In this document: one piece after another, positions 8,871 to 18,834 of the stretch
Layout: each line of letters opens with the position of its first letter
How positions within the stretch are numbered: the stretch's first letter is position 1
From: an uncultured candidate division Zixibacteria bacterium
GTDB lineage: Bacteria; Zixibacteria; MSB-5A5; UBA10806; 4484-95
Assembly: GCA_963668625.2 (NCBI GenBank)
Contig: CAXXKA010000008.1
Location: forward strand, 864,001-928,000
Direction: 5' to 3'
Length of the DNA: 64,000 nt
Translations under genes and position numbers: made by a program
The notes under the pieces: generated by a model
What the model was told of the DNA's origin: nothing
Database searches by the model: none
The model's input: the letters and a program-made list of their open reading frames with translations, nothing else

Positions 8871-9839
8871 ATGAATCGTAACGAGATAGCTGATAGAATT
8901 AAAGAGCTTACCGGATGGCTTTCGGTAGATAAGTTCGCCATTCATACCGATACCTCCGACTGGATGAGGATAATCCGCGGGGATGTTCTTCTCCTGCGAG
9001 ACAAATTATACCTGATAAAGGGCAATCAGTATGAGACACGTTTCGGTATCGCCGAGCAGCCGAAATACTGGGTGTTCAACGCGGTCGATTTGGAAACCGG
9101 CGGGCAAAAGATTATCAAGATGGTTTTTCACGAGGATTTCCATGTCAGGATCGGCGTGTTTCGTATCAGGTGTACGCGTAGCCCGGAGAAAGAGGCGCGT
9201 GTGCTCGAGCTGACACTAGGCGATAAACGTTTCATGCAGGGTTATACGCTCGAGGATGATAAAGGTAACCTGGTGAGAATCGTGGATTACATAAAAGGCG
9301 ATACTTTGCTGGCCGACATTCACGAAAATCCGAAATCTCATGAGCAATATTTTTACGAGGATTTGCCGGGGATTTTGCATAAAATAACGGATTCGATGCA
9401 GGCGATCTATCTTCTGCATTCGAATCATATGTGCCATGGTGATATCAGGAACGATCATATCATAATAGAACGGAAAACCGGGATCTATCGCTGGATCGAT
9501 TTCGATTTGAATCAGCATGTCTCCGATTTCGACACCTGGAGTATGGGGAATATTATCAATTACGCCGTTGGTAAGGGAATTGTCTCGTTCTCCGGCGTGA
9601 TGAAATCGAGCAAGTTTTCCGATAGCGTTAAAAGCAGCCTGGTTCCCGAGGACGGCGGCGCTTTTTACGAGTATCGGGTGATGAATTTGAAAAAGCTGTT
9701 CCCGTATATTCCGGATAGTTTAAACGATATACTTCTTCATTTTACGATAAAGCCGAAAGTATATTATACCAACATGACTAAACTGATCAGGGATTACAAA
9801 GAGATGCTAAGATCCGAATTTCCACTGGAGAAAAAATAA
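8871..9839 (+). CDS. Atypical protein kinase-like protein
   Basis: KIIK Lys, EKE helix-C Glu, CHGDIRNDH catalytic loop, IDFD. Confidence 0.75.
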   Translation: MNRNEIADRIKELTGWLSVDKFAIHTDTSDWMRIIRGDVLLLRDKLYLIKGNQYETRFGIAEQPKYWVFNAVDLETGGQKIIKMVFHEDFHVRIGVFRIRCTRSPEKEARVLELTLGDKRFMQGYTLEDDKGNLVRIVDYIKGDTLLADIHENPKSHEQYFYEDLPGILHKITDSMQAIYLLHSNHMCHGDIRNDHIIIERKTGIYRWIDFDLNQHVSDFDTWSMGNIINYAVGKGIVSFSGVMKSSKFSDSVKSSLVPEDGGAFYEYRVMNLKKLFPYIPDSLNDILLHFTIKPKVYYTNMTKLIRDYKEMLRSEFPLEKK

Positions 9840-9840
9840 A

Positions 9841-11673
9841 ATGTCGCCGGCTATTCATATGAAAGCGGTGATTGTCGGCGGGGGAAAAGGCTGCCGGGCG
9901 ATTATCGAGCTGGCCTTGAGCGGCTTTTTGCGGGAGCTGTCGCTGGAGATTCTCAGTGTGGTCGATCCCGATGATAGCGCGCCGGGGATGATTTATGCTC
10001 GCGAGCACGGTATCAAAACCTCGCTCGATATGAAAGAGGCGCTTTCCATCCCGGGTATCAAGCTCATCATGGAACTTACCGGTAAGGATGAAGTGCTGGA
10101 AAATATCTACAAGATGATTCCCCGCGGTATCAAGGTGTTCGATCATGTTTTCTCGCGCATATTCTGGGATCTGGCAAATGCCCAGCGGGAACAGAGCCGC
10201 CAGTTGAACGAGATTACCGAACTGGAGCAGAAAATCGAAAGAGAGCGTCAATTCCTCCAGGGATTATTCGATAGAATCCCCGATCTGGTACTGGTACTCG
10301 ATAGGGAAAAGCACATTGTGAAGACCAACGATAGCTTGAGTATGTTTGCCGATATCTCGCCCGATGAGGCCATCGGTAAAACATGTCAGGAGATATTTGC
10401 CGATACCCAGTTGAAAGAAAATTGCGCCCAAACGGTAGGTCTTCTGGATGAGGTTTTAGGCAGCGGTGAGGCTCGCTCGTTGATATGGCAGTCGCCATCG
10501 CCACATGAAACTTTCTGGGAGCTGACTCTCACGCCGATAAAAGCGGCCTCGGGCCAATCCGAGGGCATTCTCGGCACCTGGCACAGAATAACCGAAAGAG
10601 TGATGCTTCAAAGAAAGATAGAAAGCGCCGAGCTTCAATTCAAAAGCTTTATCGATTCCGCTCATGATTGGATATCGGTAAAGGATCTCGAGGGGCGTTA
10701 CGTCATCGTAAATAAAATTATCGCCGAATCATTTCATCTTCAACCCGAGGATTTCATCGGCAAAAAGCCAAGCGAGATAGTCGGTGAGGATATTGCCGGC
10801 CTTATAACAATTCATGATGAGCAAGTTATCCGCGATGATCGGTACCATCAGTACGAGGAGATAATTCCCATAGACGGTCGTGATCATTATTTCCAAACCG
10901 TACGATTTCCGTTGAAAGATTACAAGGGGAGCATTCACGGCACATGTACTATCATGCGGGATGTTACCGGTGAGAAAGATCTCGAGGATCAATTGATACA
11001 GGCCGGGAAACTGGCCGCTGTCGGCAAGCTGGCAGCCGGCGTGGCGCACGAGATAAATAATCCGCTTACGGGAATACTGGCTTATGCCGAGGACATGCTG
11101 GATGAGATACCCGGGGACGATGAGCATCGCGATGATTTGAAAGTGATAATACGCGAAACATTGAGGTGCCGGGATATCGTGAAGAACCTGCTTAATTTCG
11201 CCCGCCAGGAAACGCCGAGGCTGGAGAATCTCGATTTGAATTCGATTATCGATCACTCGCTGGCGCTGGTTCATAAACTTCCACAGTTTCAAGATATCGA
11301 TCTGAAAGTCGAAAAAAGCAAGAAAAGTCCTTTGATAAAAGGAGATCCCAGGCAGCTTCAACAAGTGGTATTAAATTTCCTGATGAATTCCGCCGAGGCA
11401 ATGAAAGGCAAAGGCATTATCAAAATTACCTCCGATTACAGGCATAAAAAAGATAAATGCCTGTTGATAGTAGAGGACACCGGCCCGGGAATTCCCGAGA
11501 ATCTGAAAGATAAGATATTCGAACCGTTTTTCTCCACCAAAGGCACTAACGGATTGGGACTGGCGGTCAGCTGGGGGATTATCGAAAGGCATAAGGGAGT
11601 GATAGAGGTGGAGATGTCTAAAAGCGGCGGGGCATTGTTCAAAATAGTGCTACCGGCTTTGCATGAAAAGTAA
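9841..11673 (+). CDS. PAS-PAS sensor histidine kinase with N-terminal Rossmann-like domain
   Basis: VIVGGGKG; two PAS domains; AHEINNPL H-box; N, G1, F and G2 boxes. Confidence 0.95.
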   Translation: MSPAIHMKAVIVGGGKGCRAIIELALSGFLRELSLEILSVVDPDDSAPGMIYAREHGIKTSLDMKEALSIPGIKLIMELTGKDEVLENIYKMIPRGIKVFDHVFSRIFWDLANAQREQSRQLNEITELEQKIERERQFLQGLFDRIPDLVLVLDREKHIVKTNDSLSMFADISPDEAIGKTCQEIFADTQLKENCAQTVGLLDEVLGSGEARSLIWQSPSPHETFWELTLTPIKAASGQSEGILGTWHRITERVMLQRKIESAELQFKSFIDSAHDWISVKDLEGRYVIVNKIIAESFHLQPEDFIGKKPSEIVGEDIAGLITIHDEQVIRDDRYHQYEEIIPIDGRDHYFQTVRFPLKDYKGSIHGTCTIMRDVTGEKDLEDQLIQAGKLAAVGKLAAGVAHEINNPLTGILAYAEDMLDEIPGDDEHRDDLKVIIRETLRCRDIVKNLLNFARQETPRLENLDLNSIIDHSLALVHKLPQFQDIDLKVEKSKKSPLIKGDPRQLQQVVLNFLMNSAEAMKGKGIIKITSDYRHKKDKCLLIVEDTGPGIPENLKDKIFEPFFSTKGTNGLGLAVSWGIIERHKGVIEVEMSKSGGALFKIVLPALHEK

Positions 11674-11694
11674 AAAACTACCGGGGGATAGCCC

Positions 11695-12474
11695 ATGGAA
11701 AAAAGATTAAATATTCTGGTCGTGGATGATGAGCAAATCGTTTTGGATAGTATCAAGAAGTTGCTCAGGAAAGATAATTTCGAGGTCATAGGTGTTTTGA
11801 ATGCCCAGGCGGGACTCGATAGAATCGATGAGGGGGATATCGATATCGTACTGACTGATTTGATGATGCCGGGTATCGATGGGCTGGAGTTCATGAAACT
11901 CACCAAGGAGAGAACTCCGAACCTGCCGATTATCATGATTACCGGTTATGCCACTATTAACACCGCTTTACAGGCTACCCAGCTTGGCGCATTCGACTAC
12001 GTGGCTAAACCGTTTTCCAAGGCGGAGTTCATGGGCGTGATCAAACGGGCGGCCGAGCTTGTTACCTCGGATAAGCTTTCGGGTGAAAAAGCTCCGGAGA
12101 AAACCGGGAGTAAGGCCAACGGCGAGAAAGCATTCAAGACTATCGGCGATAAATCGTGGATTATGCTATTGGAGGATGGTAATGTCATGATGGGCGTGGA
12201 ACGCTCGTTCCTTCACGCTGTCGGTAAGATACAAAATATTTTCCTGCCCTCGAAAGGCGAGAAACTCCGGCAGGGCAGCGTTTGTATACAGGTATTCTCG
12301 ACCGATATGCAGTCGCATACCTGTGTTTCACCGCTTTCGGGCACCGTGGTCGATACGAATCAAAACGTAATCGATAATCCGGAACTTCTGAACGAAGACC
12401 CATACGATGAGGGCTGGCTGGTGAAATTGAAGCCCTCGAATTTCGATTATGAAGTGAAAACGCTGGGGTTGTAG
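11695..12474 (+). CDS. Response regulator: receiver fused to GcvH-like domain
   Basis: VVDDE, LTDLMMP, ITGY, KPF; C-terminal SPLSGTVVDTN..NPELLNEDPYDEGWL. Confidence 0.9.
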   Translation: MEKRLNILVVDDEQIVLDSIKKLLRKDNFEVIGVLNAQAGLDRIDEGDIDIVLTDLMMPGIDGLEFMKLTKERTPNLPIIMITGYATINTALQATQLGAFDYVAKPFSKAEFMGVIKRAAELVTSDKLSGEKAPEKTGSKANGEKAFKTIGDKSWIMLLEDGNVMMGVERSFLHAVGKIQNIFLPSKGEKLRQGSVCIQVFSTDMQSHTCVSPLSGTVVDTNQNVIDNPELLNEDPYDEGWLVKLKPSNFDYEVKTLGL

Positions 12475-12605
12475 ATTTATCGATTATTAACATCATTGTT
12501 AATGATACATATTTTCCGCACGGTTATTGAACGGTTCGGCAGGATCGTTTTTATTTAATTAAAGACAGGGGCCATAACACTCGAAAATGATTCTAAGGTA
12601 TCACA

Positions 12606-13202
12606 ATGTATAAAACCGTTCTAATCGTTTTAGCCGAGGGGTTCGAGGATATCGAGGCGGTAACTGCCATCGACGCCCTGACTCGCGCCGGTATCAAAAT
12701 CACTATCAGCGGCATGAGTACGCGCCCCGTGCGTGGGGCTTACGGTTGTACTATTATCGGCGATACCACGGTTGATAAAATCGACGGCCAATTCGACGGG
12801 CTGGTTTTTACCGGTGGGTTGCAATGCGCCGATGCATTAGCCTCCAATGAGAAAGTAGTCGAGTTGGTGAAAAGGCATAATGAGGATAACAAACTGGTAG
12901 CGGCTATATGCGCGGCCTCCAACGTTCTTCTGGCCAAACAATGCGGTATACTGGAGGGGCGAATCGCTACCGGCGACCCGTCGATGGTCGGTTATCTCAG
13001 GGATGCAGGCGCTATATTGAGCAATAAGATATACGCGGTCGATCGCAATATTATTACCGCCAACGGCCCGGGGAGCGCCATGCAATTCGCGTTGGCGATT
13101 GTCGATTACCTGGTTGGCAAAGTTAAAGCCGATGAGTTGGCCGAGAAGTGGCAGGTAAGTCGGAAAGCTTTCGTGCATGATTCGGTAGCCTCGGCGTATT
13201 AG
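12606..13202 (+). CDS. DJ-1/PfpI/YajL family protein
   Basis: GFEDIEAV, AAICAA, ITANGPG. Confidence 0.92.
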   Translation: MYKTVLIVLAEGFEDIEAVTAIDALTRAGIKITISGMSTRPVRGAYGCTIIGDTTVDKIDGQFDGLVFTGGLQCADALASNEKVVELVKRHNEDNKLVAAICAASNVLLAKQCGILEGRIATGDPSMVGYLRDAGAILSNKIYAVDRNIITANGPGSAMQFALAIVDYLVGKVKADELAEKWQVSRKAFVHDSVASAY

Positions 13203-13374
13203 TTGTTTCATTTCAATTAAAGTTCCGTTTTCCTAATGATTTACTCTTTTCGAAAGCCAGGCAAGCATCCGCGTATACTTGCTATCCCCCTGAGGTAAAC
13301 CTGAAAAATCTTGACAGGAGCAGGGATTTATACTAATAGGCTTCAGGATTCCACACCAGTAAAAGGAGCTGACG

Positions 13375-13947
13375 ATGGTTAAAACCGCATTAGTGATTAT
13401 CTCGGATGGCGTTGAGGATGTCGAGGCGGTGGCGCCGGTAGATATCATGTTTCGTGCCGGTGTGAAAGTCACGGTTGCCGGGCTTTCCGGTGAGCCTGTC
13501 AAATGTGCTTACGGTAATACGCTTATTCCGAATACGACAATCGATGATATCGATTCTTTATATGATGCCATAGTATTGCCCGGCGGTTCGCAAAACGCTG
13601 ATAATCTGGCTGCCAATAAAAAAGTGATCGATCTGGTGAAACTTCATTTTAACGAGGGCAAACTCGTTGCCGCGATCTGCGCCTCTCCCGGCCGGGTGCT
13701 GGCTGAAACCGCTAATATCGTCGATGGCAAAATGATGACCGGCTTTCCCGAATACCAGGACAAAATCGAAAACGCCGGCGGATTTTATACCGATGACATG
13801 GTAACCGTGGACGGCAATCTGATTACCGGAATCGGCCCCGGTGCAGCGTTTCTATTCGGGCTGGAGATAGTCGAGTACCTGGTAAACAAGCAGGTCACCA
13901 TTGATTTTGCTCGGAAGTGGCGTATCCGTCGGGAGATGTTTGATTAG
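13375..13947 (+). CDS. DJ-1/PfpI/YajL family protein (tandem paralog)
   Basis: GVEDVEAV, LPGG, AAICASP, ITGIGPG; AAGGAG RBS. Confidence 0.92.
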   Translation: MVKTALVIISDGVEDVEAVAPVDIMFRAGVKVTVAGLSGEPVKCAYGNTLIPNTTIDDIDSLYDAIVLPGGSQNADNLAANKKVIDLVKLHFNEGKLVAAICASPGRVLAETANIVDGKMMTGFPEYQDKIENAGGFYTDDMVTVDGNLITGIGPGAAFLFGLEIVEYLVNKQVTIDFARKWRIRREMFD

Positions 13948-14040
13948 AATAGTAAATCTAATTCACATATTCGATTATTACCTGACAATGATAAAACCAA
14001 CCGAAAACAAGATCGTTTTTACTTCCTAATTTTAAAACAG

Positions 14041-14270
14041 AGCCTTTTCGACAATCCCTGCTATTGGTAACGAGGAGCACATGTTGTAGTATGATAAGAT
14101 ACTGCAAGCGTAGAGCTTGGAGTCTGTCGTAAAAGTATTACTGAATGGGTACTTAATGGACAGTCACACCGATGTTATCCGAGGGTAGGGGCGAATGGCT
14201 GACGATTTATATACGTAAGTTCGGGCAGGTATCAGGATGAAAGCGAAGCGACATCCCAACACGGAAACTC
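14041..14270. repeat. Degenerate MITE/REP-like remnants
   Basis: Imperfect inverted pair CTTTTCGACA / TGTCGTAAAAG; GTAGGGGCGAAT REP-like half; end resembles the repeats at 18835 and 49597. Confidence 0.4.
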
Positions 14271-14471
14271 CCTAATCATATTTGGAATTAATTCTTTCGA
14301 ATAACGACCGGTTAAATAGTTAGATCGATATAAAAATCCCGGATAGCAGTAACAATTTTATTATTCATGGATAAATCTTGCTTATCTGTATACTTTGAGT
14401 TTAATTATCCCGGTGAGCACGAAAATAATTACTCGGGCGCTTACGCCTTTGATCTTAACAGGAGATATCCC

Positions 14472-16475
14472 ATGAAATTAATTAGCTGTCTGGTTGTGCT
14501 AGTATTTTCCGCCGCCTGCGCTTTAGCTCAGGATGAGCCATCGACCAAGCTACCACCGGGCGATTCACCACCGCCAACTGCTACACAGATGCTCATCGAT
14601 ACCGGTGCAGCAGACGATTTCGATAATGCCGCCTATGTGGTTGTCGCCGACTCGTCGCGTTCGGTTATTAGCGAGGAGGGCGTGGCCAAAACCCATATCT
14701 ACATGTTGTATAAGATACTCACCGAGGACGGCTGTCAGGAGATGTCGGTGCTTCGCTGGCATTATGAGCCGCTCTCGAGCTATATAGAGGTACGCGAGGT
14801 AAACCTGATCAGGGGGGATTCTACGATCTCGCTGGCATTGGATGGTCTTCGCGACTTACCCGCCCCTCAGCATGGCATATACTGGAGCGACAGGATAATT
14901 ATCATGCAACTGCCGCGCCTTCATGTTGGGGATGGCATAGAGGTTAAAGTATACCGTAAAGGTTACTCCTACGCCCTGTTAGACGGCAATGAGCCACCGG
15001 ATGATAAATACATCCCGCCGATGGCCGGGGAGTATTTCGATATAGTACTATTTCAGTCGGATGTGCCGATTATCAGCAAGCATTACTCCTTGAGTATGCC
15101 CTCCGGCAAGCGAATTCAATCACAGGTGTTTAACGGCCCGATGTATTCTAAAACCAGCTTTTTGGGCGATACCACGACATATACGTGGTGGAGCGAGAAC
15201 ATGGCCGCCTGGGAGGATCAACGATACCATCCCGACCCGCCAGATATGCTGCCGAAGGTAGTGATCACTACAGCCGAGAGCTGGGAGGCCAAGAGCAGGT
15301 GGTTTTTCGATGTTAACAGGAATCAGTTCGAGTTTACACCCGCAATCAAAGCCAAGGTGGATGAGATTTTCAAGGAGGCCGGTGTCACGAAGGGTACCGA
15401 GGAGCAGAAAGCATTCGAGTTGGTTCACTGGGTAGCTCAGAATATCCGCTATAGCGGCCAGACAATGGGCGAGGGCGAGGGTTTTACGCTTCACCCGGGA
15501 GCAATGATATTCGAGCAACGCAGCGGTGTCTGTAAGGATATCGCGGGCATGCTTATTACTATGATGAGGGCCGCCGGGATGGATTCCTACGGCGCAATGA
15601 CCATGGCAGGCAGCCGTATCGAGGATTTACCGGCCGACCAGTTCAATCACTGCGTGGTGGCTCTTCGCAAGGATGACGGCCGGTTCGTGATGTACGACCC
15701 AACCTGGGTACCGTTCGTACGGAATATCTGGAGCAAGTACGAAACCGAGCAGCATTATCTGATCGGTTCACCGGAAGGGGAGGATTTGACTCATATAGCT
15801 TACAGCCCGCCCGAGGAGTCAAGACTTCAGGTAAACAACAAGTGCAAAATCCTCGAGGATGGTTCGCTCGAGGGGACGCTCATCCTGGAGGGCACCGGCT
15901 CGATGGACGGTCGTTTGCGCGGTTATGGTCATTGGTTCAGGCTCGACCAGATCGAAAACTATATTGCCAGAACTATAGGGCGCGCCTGCGAAAGAGTTAA
16001 TATCATTGATATCAAGCATGGTGACATTCTAGATTTTCATATTAACATGAATTGGGAGATAAAATATAGCATACCCGATTACGCTATGATAATCGATAAC
16101 GCCTACGAGTTCAAAAGCCCGCTGCTTATTATGAACGCTAACTCGCTTTACTATTACCTGGGGTACAACTACCCCGAGGAGCGAAACGGTGATCTGTTTT
16201 TCTACACAACCTCGCATTTAGATAGCGAGGAGGAGATCAAGCTACCCGGAGGCTATAAGGTAATTGATCCACCGGAGTTATCCGAGGATGATGAGACATA
16301 TATATATACCTCGTATGAGGGCGGTATGAAAGGCAGCACGTTTAATCTCAAACAGGATATTAAAATCAAACGTCGCCAGGTACCCGAGGATAGTTATAAA
16401 GCTTTCGCTAAGGTGATGAAAGATGCAAATGAATTTACCGACACTGTATTCCGTGCCACGAAAGGGGGCAAATGA
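14472..16475 (+). CDS. Secreted DUF3857 + transglutaminase-like protein (intact Cys-His-Asp)
   Basis: AGGAG RBS; signal peptide; SGVCKD, FNHC, YDPT. Confidence 0.88.
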   Translation: MKLISCLVVLVFSAACALAQDEPSTKLPPGDSPPPTATQMLIDTGAADDFDNAAYVVVADSSRSVISEEGVAKTHIYMLYKILTEDGCQEMSVLRWHYEPLSSYIEVREVNLIRGDSTISLALDGLRDLPAPQHGIYWSDRIIIMQLPRLHVGDGIEVKVYRKGYSYALLDGNEPPDDKYIPPMAGEYFDIVLFQSDVPIISKHYSLSMPSGKRIQSQVFNGPMYSKTSFLGDTTTYTWWSENMAAWEDQRYHPDPPDMLPKVVITTAESWEAKSRWFFDVNRNQFEFTPAIKAKVDEIFKEAGVTKGTEEQKAFELVHWVAQNIRYSGQTMGEGEGFTLHPGAMIFEQRSGVCKDIAGMLITMMRAAGMDSYGAMTMAGSRIEDLPADQFNHCVVALRKDDGRFVMYDPTWVPFVRNIWSKYETEQHYLIGSPEGEDLTHIAYSPPEESRLQVNNKCKILEDGSLEGTLILEGTGSMDGRLRGYGHWFRLDQIENYIARTIGRACERVNIIDIKHGDILDFHINMNWEIKYSIPDYAMIIDNAYEFKSPLLIMNANSLYYYLGYNYPEERNGDLFFYTTSHLDSEEEIKLPGGYKVIDPPELSEDDETYIYTSYEGGMKGSTFNLKQDIKIKRRQVPEDSYKAFAKVMKDANEFTDTVFRATKGGK

Positions 16476-18418
16476 TGAAAGCTCTAACCGTATTTACAGC
16501 AGCATTGATTTGTCTTAGCTTTTTCGTTCCGGCACAGTCGCAAACATCCTTTTCAGGTAAGCAGGATATCGCCGAGCTCATGAGTCTGGCCGAGCAAAAT
16601 TTCGATATGGCCAACGAGGATGCTGTCATATTATTCGAGGGTAAAAAGATTTACTGGACCAATGATGGCAGGCAGATCGATTTCGTGCATCGCATTATAT
16701 GGATTAACACCGACTACGCCATCGAGGACTACGGCGACCATCGCATAGCCTACGACAGCGAGCATTGCGATTTCAACGTGGTAACCGTACGCACCTGGAT
16801 GGATAACCAGTGGTGGGAAACCGGTGAGACCGGCATAGTGCCTACTACCCCCGATGAGCTGGAACACGCTTACGATTACGCCAATGTGCAGGAGATGATG
16901 CTTCTGCATAACGGCATAGAGCTGCCCTGCATTCTCGAGGTGGCCTATTATATCGAGGATAAAGAGCCGTTCCGCGGCGGCATTGATGGTATCTGGACAT
17001 TTGCCAAGTCCGAGCCGGTTGTCTGGTCGTGGTTTGGTTATGGCGTGCCTGAGGGTACCGAGCCGAATGTCGAGGCGGGCCGGGGCGCGGGTTCAGCTGA
17101 GAAAGAGAAAGACAGCGAGTACGATCTTGATGTTTACTGGTGGAAAGCTGAGATGCTGGATAAGACACCTGTAAGCCATATACAGGATCCGACACTTGAC
17201 CGTCCTTACATAATATATTCTACGTGGAAGGATTGGGTTGAGCTTGGAGTAAAAATAATGGTCGACTTAGATTATGCATCGACATTTCCTAATAATTTAT
17301 CCAGTGAACTTGACTCTATTCTATTTGATGCGATTTCCCTTGTTGATAGCGTTAATTCAATAACAAAATATGTCGATTCTAAAGTACGACTGATAGATTA
17401 TACAAATTCATTTTGGAAATATTCACCTCGATCGGCATATAGAACATACGAAACTGCTTATGGTCACTATCTCGACAGAACGATTTTAATATCTGCATTT
17501 CTACGACAAGCTGGTTTAGAAGCAAAACCTATGTATTTAACCAATTTTGTCGGTGAATACTTTGTTACTATTCCTACTATTTCCTTCATGCAGGAAATGG
17601 GATTGTATATTATAAATGATAACCATTTATTATATTACAATCCATACAGCAACAGTTTCATTTCTGGCTCAAGTACATTTATAAACAACTTGGCATGGGC
17701 ACCAGATACTCCAGGGAAACCAGCGATTCTCGCTTATATTGATATTCTTATTCCGAAAAGCGGTTTCGACCTAAATTTGAATAGTGAATTTAACAAAGAA
17801 AATGGAAAAATAACCGGCGCTGGAATTGTCCACTCTACAGAAGCAATGAGTTTATACTCTAAAACGTGTGGTGCTGGTAATAAAGCTAAATCATTTTTAG
17901 ATAAAATGATTTCAAGTACACTAGCAGATGCTAAAATTATTAATTATAACCCAATAGATTATTATCATTCTAATGTTCAGTTTTCTTTAAATTACGAAAT
18001 AGAAAAACCTGAGCAAGACGACAATGGCCGTATCTCCTTCACTATCGGCAATCCTACCGGCGGTATTTTTGATCAATTGCCGGGTAACATTCGTCTAACC
18101 GATCAAACAAGTGAAGTGAATATACTTCTTAAAAACCCTGTTACTGAAACTGTATCAATCAATCTTAAACTTGATGACATCGATCTGGTCTACAAACCTG
18201 AAAGTAAGTCTTTCACCAATGATTGCGGTTCGTTCGAGCTTACAGTTGCCGAGGATAACAATCGGTTAACTATCAAAAGAAAAATAAGCTTGGCTAAGGA
18301 TCGCTATACGCCTGAGGATTGGGATGACCTTCGCCAGTTATTGTTAGCGCATGGTAACAAAAAATACAACACGGTGATATTCAAAACCGGCTCTGATGAG
18401 GCGGATAAGGAGGAGTAG
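16472..18418 (+). CDS. Secreted DUF3857/transglutaminase-like paralog, catalytically degenerate
   Basis: ATGA overlap with upstream gene; PRSAYRTYETAYGHYLDRT in place of the GxCxD motif. Confidence 0.75.
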   Translation: MMKALTVFTAALICLSFFVPAQSQTSFSGKQDIAELMSLAEQNFDMANEDAVILFEGKKIYWTNDGRQIDFVHRIIWINTDYAIEDYGDHRIAYDSEHCDFNVVTVRTWMDNQWWETGETGIVPTTPDELEHAYDYANVQEMMLLHNGIELPCILEVAYYIEDKEPFRGGIDGIWTFAKSEPVVWSWFGYGVPEGTEPNVEAGRGAGSAEKEKDSEYDLDVYWWKAEMLDKTPVSHIQDPTLDRPYIIYSTWKDWVELGVKIMVDLDYASTFPNNLSSELDSILFDAISLVDSVNSITKYVDSKVRLIDYTNSFWKYSPRSAYRTYETAYGHYLDRTILISAFLRQAGLEAKPMYLTNFVGEYFVTIPTISFMQEMGLYIINDNHLLYYNPYSNSFISGSSTFINNLAWAPDTPGKPAILAYIDILIPKSGFDLNLNSEFNKENGKITGAGIVHSTEAMSLYSKTCGAGNKAKSFLDKMISSTLADAKIINYNPIDYYHSNVQFSLNYEIEKPEQDDNGRISFTIGNPTGGIFDQLPGNIRLTDQTSEVNILLKNPVTETVSINLKLDDIDLVYKPESKSFTNDCGSFELTVAEDNNRLTIKRKISLAKDRYTPEDWDDLRQLLLAHGNKKYNTVIFKTGSDEADKEE

Positions 18419-18781
18419 CTACTGTAATATCTCCTCATCCTCCGCACTCCAGGAGGGCTCTACGATACAGAGGAATTTCAAATCGGTCTCGCCCGTGTTC
18501 GTGATATATTGAACCGAGCCGGGGGGGATATAGATAGCACAGCCGGGCTTCACGGTCCGGCTTTCTTTATCTATGAACATCTCGCCGGTACCCTCGAGAA
18601 TATAGTATATCTCGGTACTGCTCAGTTTATGCTTATAGGTAGTCTGCCCCGGCCTGACTACGGCATGCGCCAGGCTGTGGTTAATCTGAATATCATCTTT
18701 TAGCGAGTTGTACAATTCGCTAAGGGTGGTGTTATCACCGGCGGTTATCTGATCGCACTTATCCAATTCTCTGATGAACAT
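18419..18781 (-). CDS. Cupin domain protein
   Basis: HKLSSTEIYYILEGTG and IPPGSVQYITN. Confidence 0.92.
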   Translation of the reverse strand: MFIRELDKCDQITAGDNTTLSELYNSLKDDIQINHSLAHAVVRPGQTTYKHKLSSTEIYYILEGTGEMFIDKESRTVKPGCAIYIPPGSVQYITNTGETDLKFLCIVEPSWSAEDEEILQ

Positions 18782-18834
18782 ATTTATTTCCTTTTTCTTT
18801 ACTGCATCTTTTAACCAGGTTCCAAAGCAGCCGT

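Noticed and set aside
17190-18230. Diversity-generating retroelement variable region
   Set aside because: No reverse transcriptase or template repeat in the window; the segment is about 1 kb and A-rich, not A-depleted
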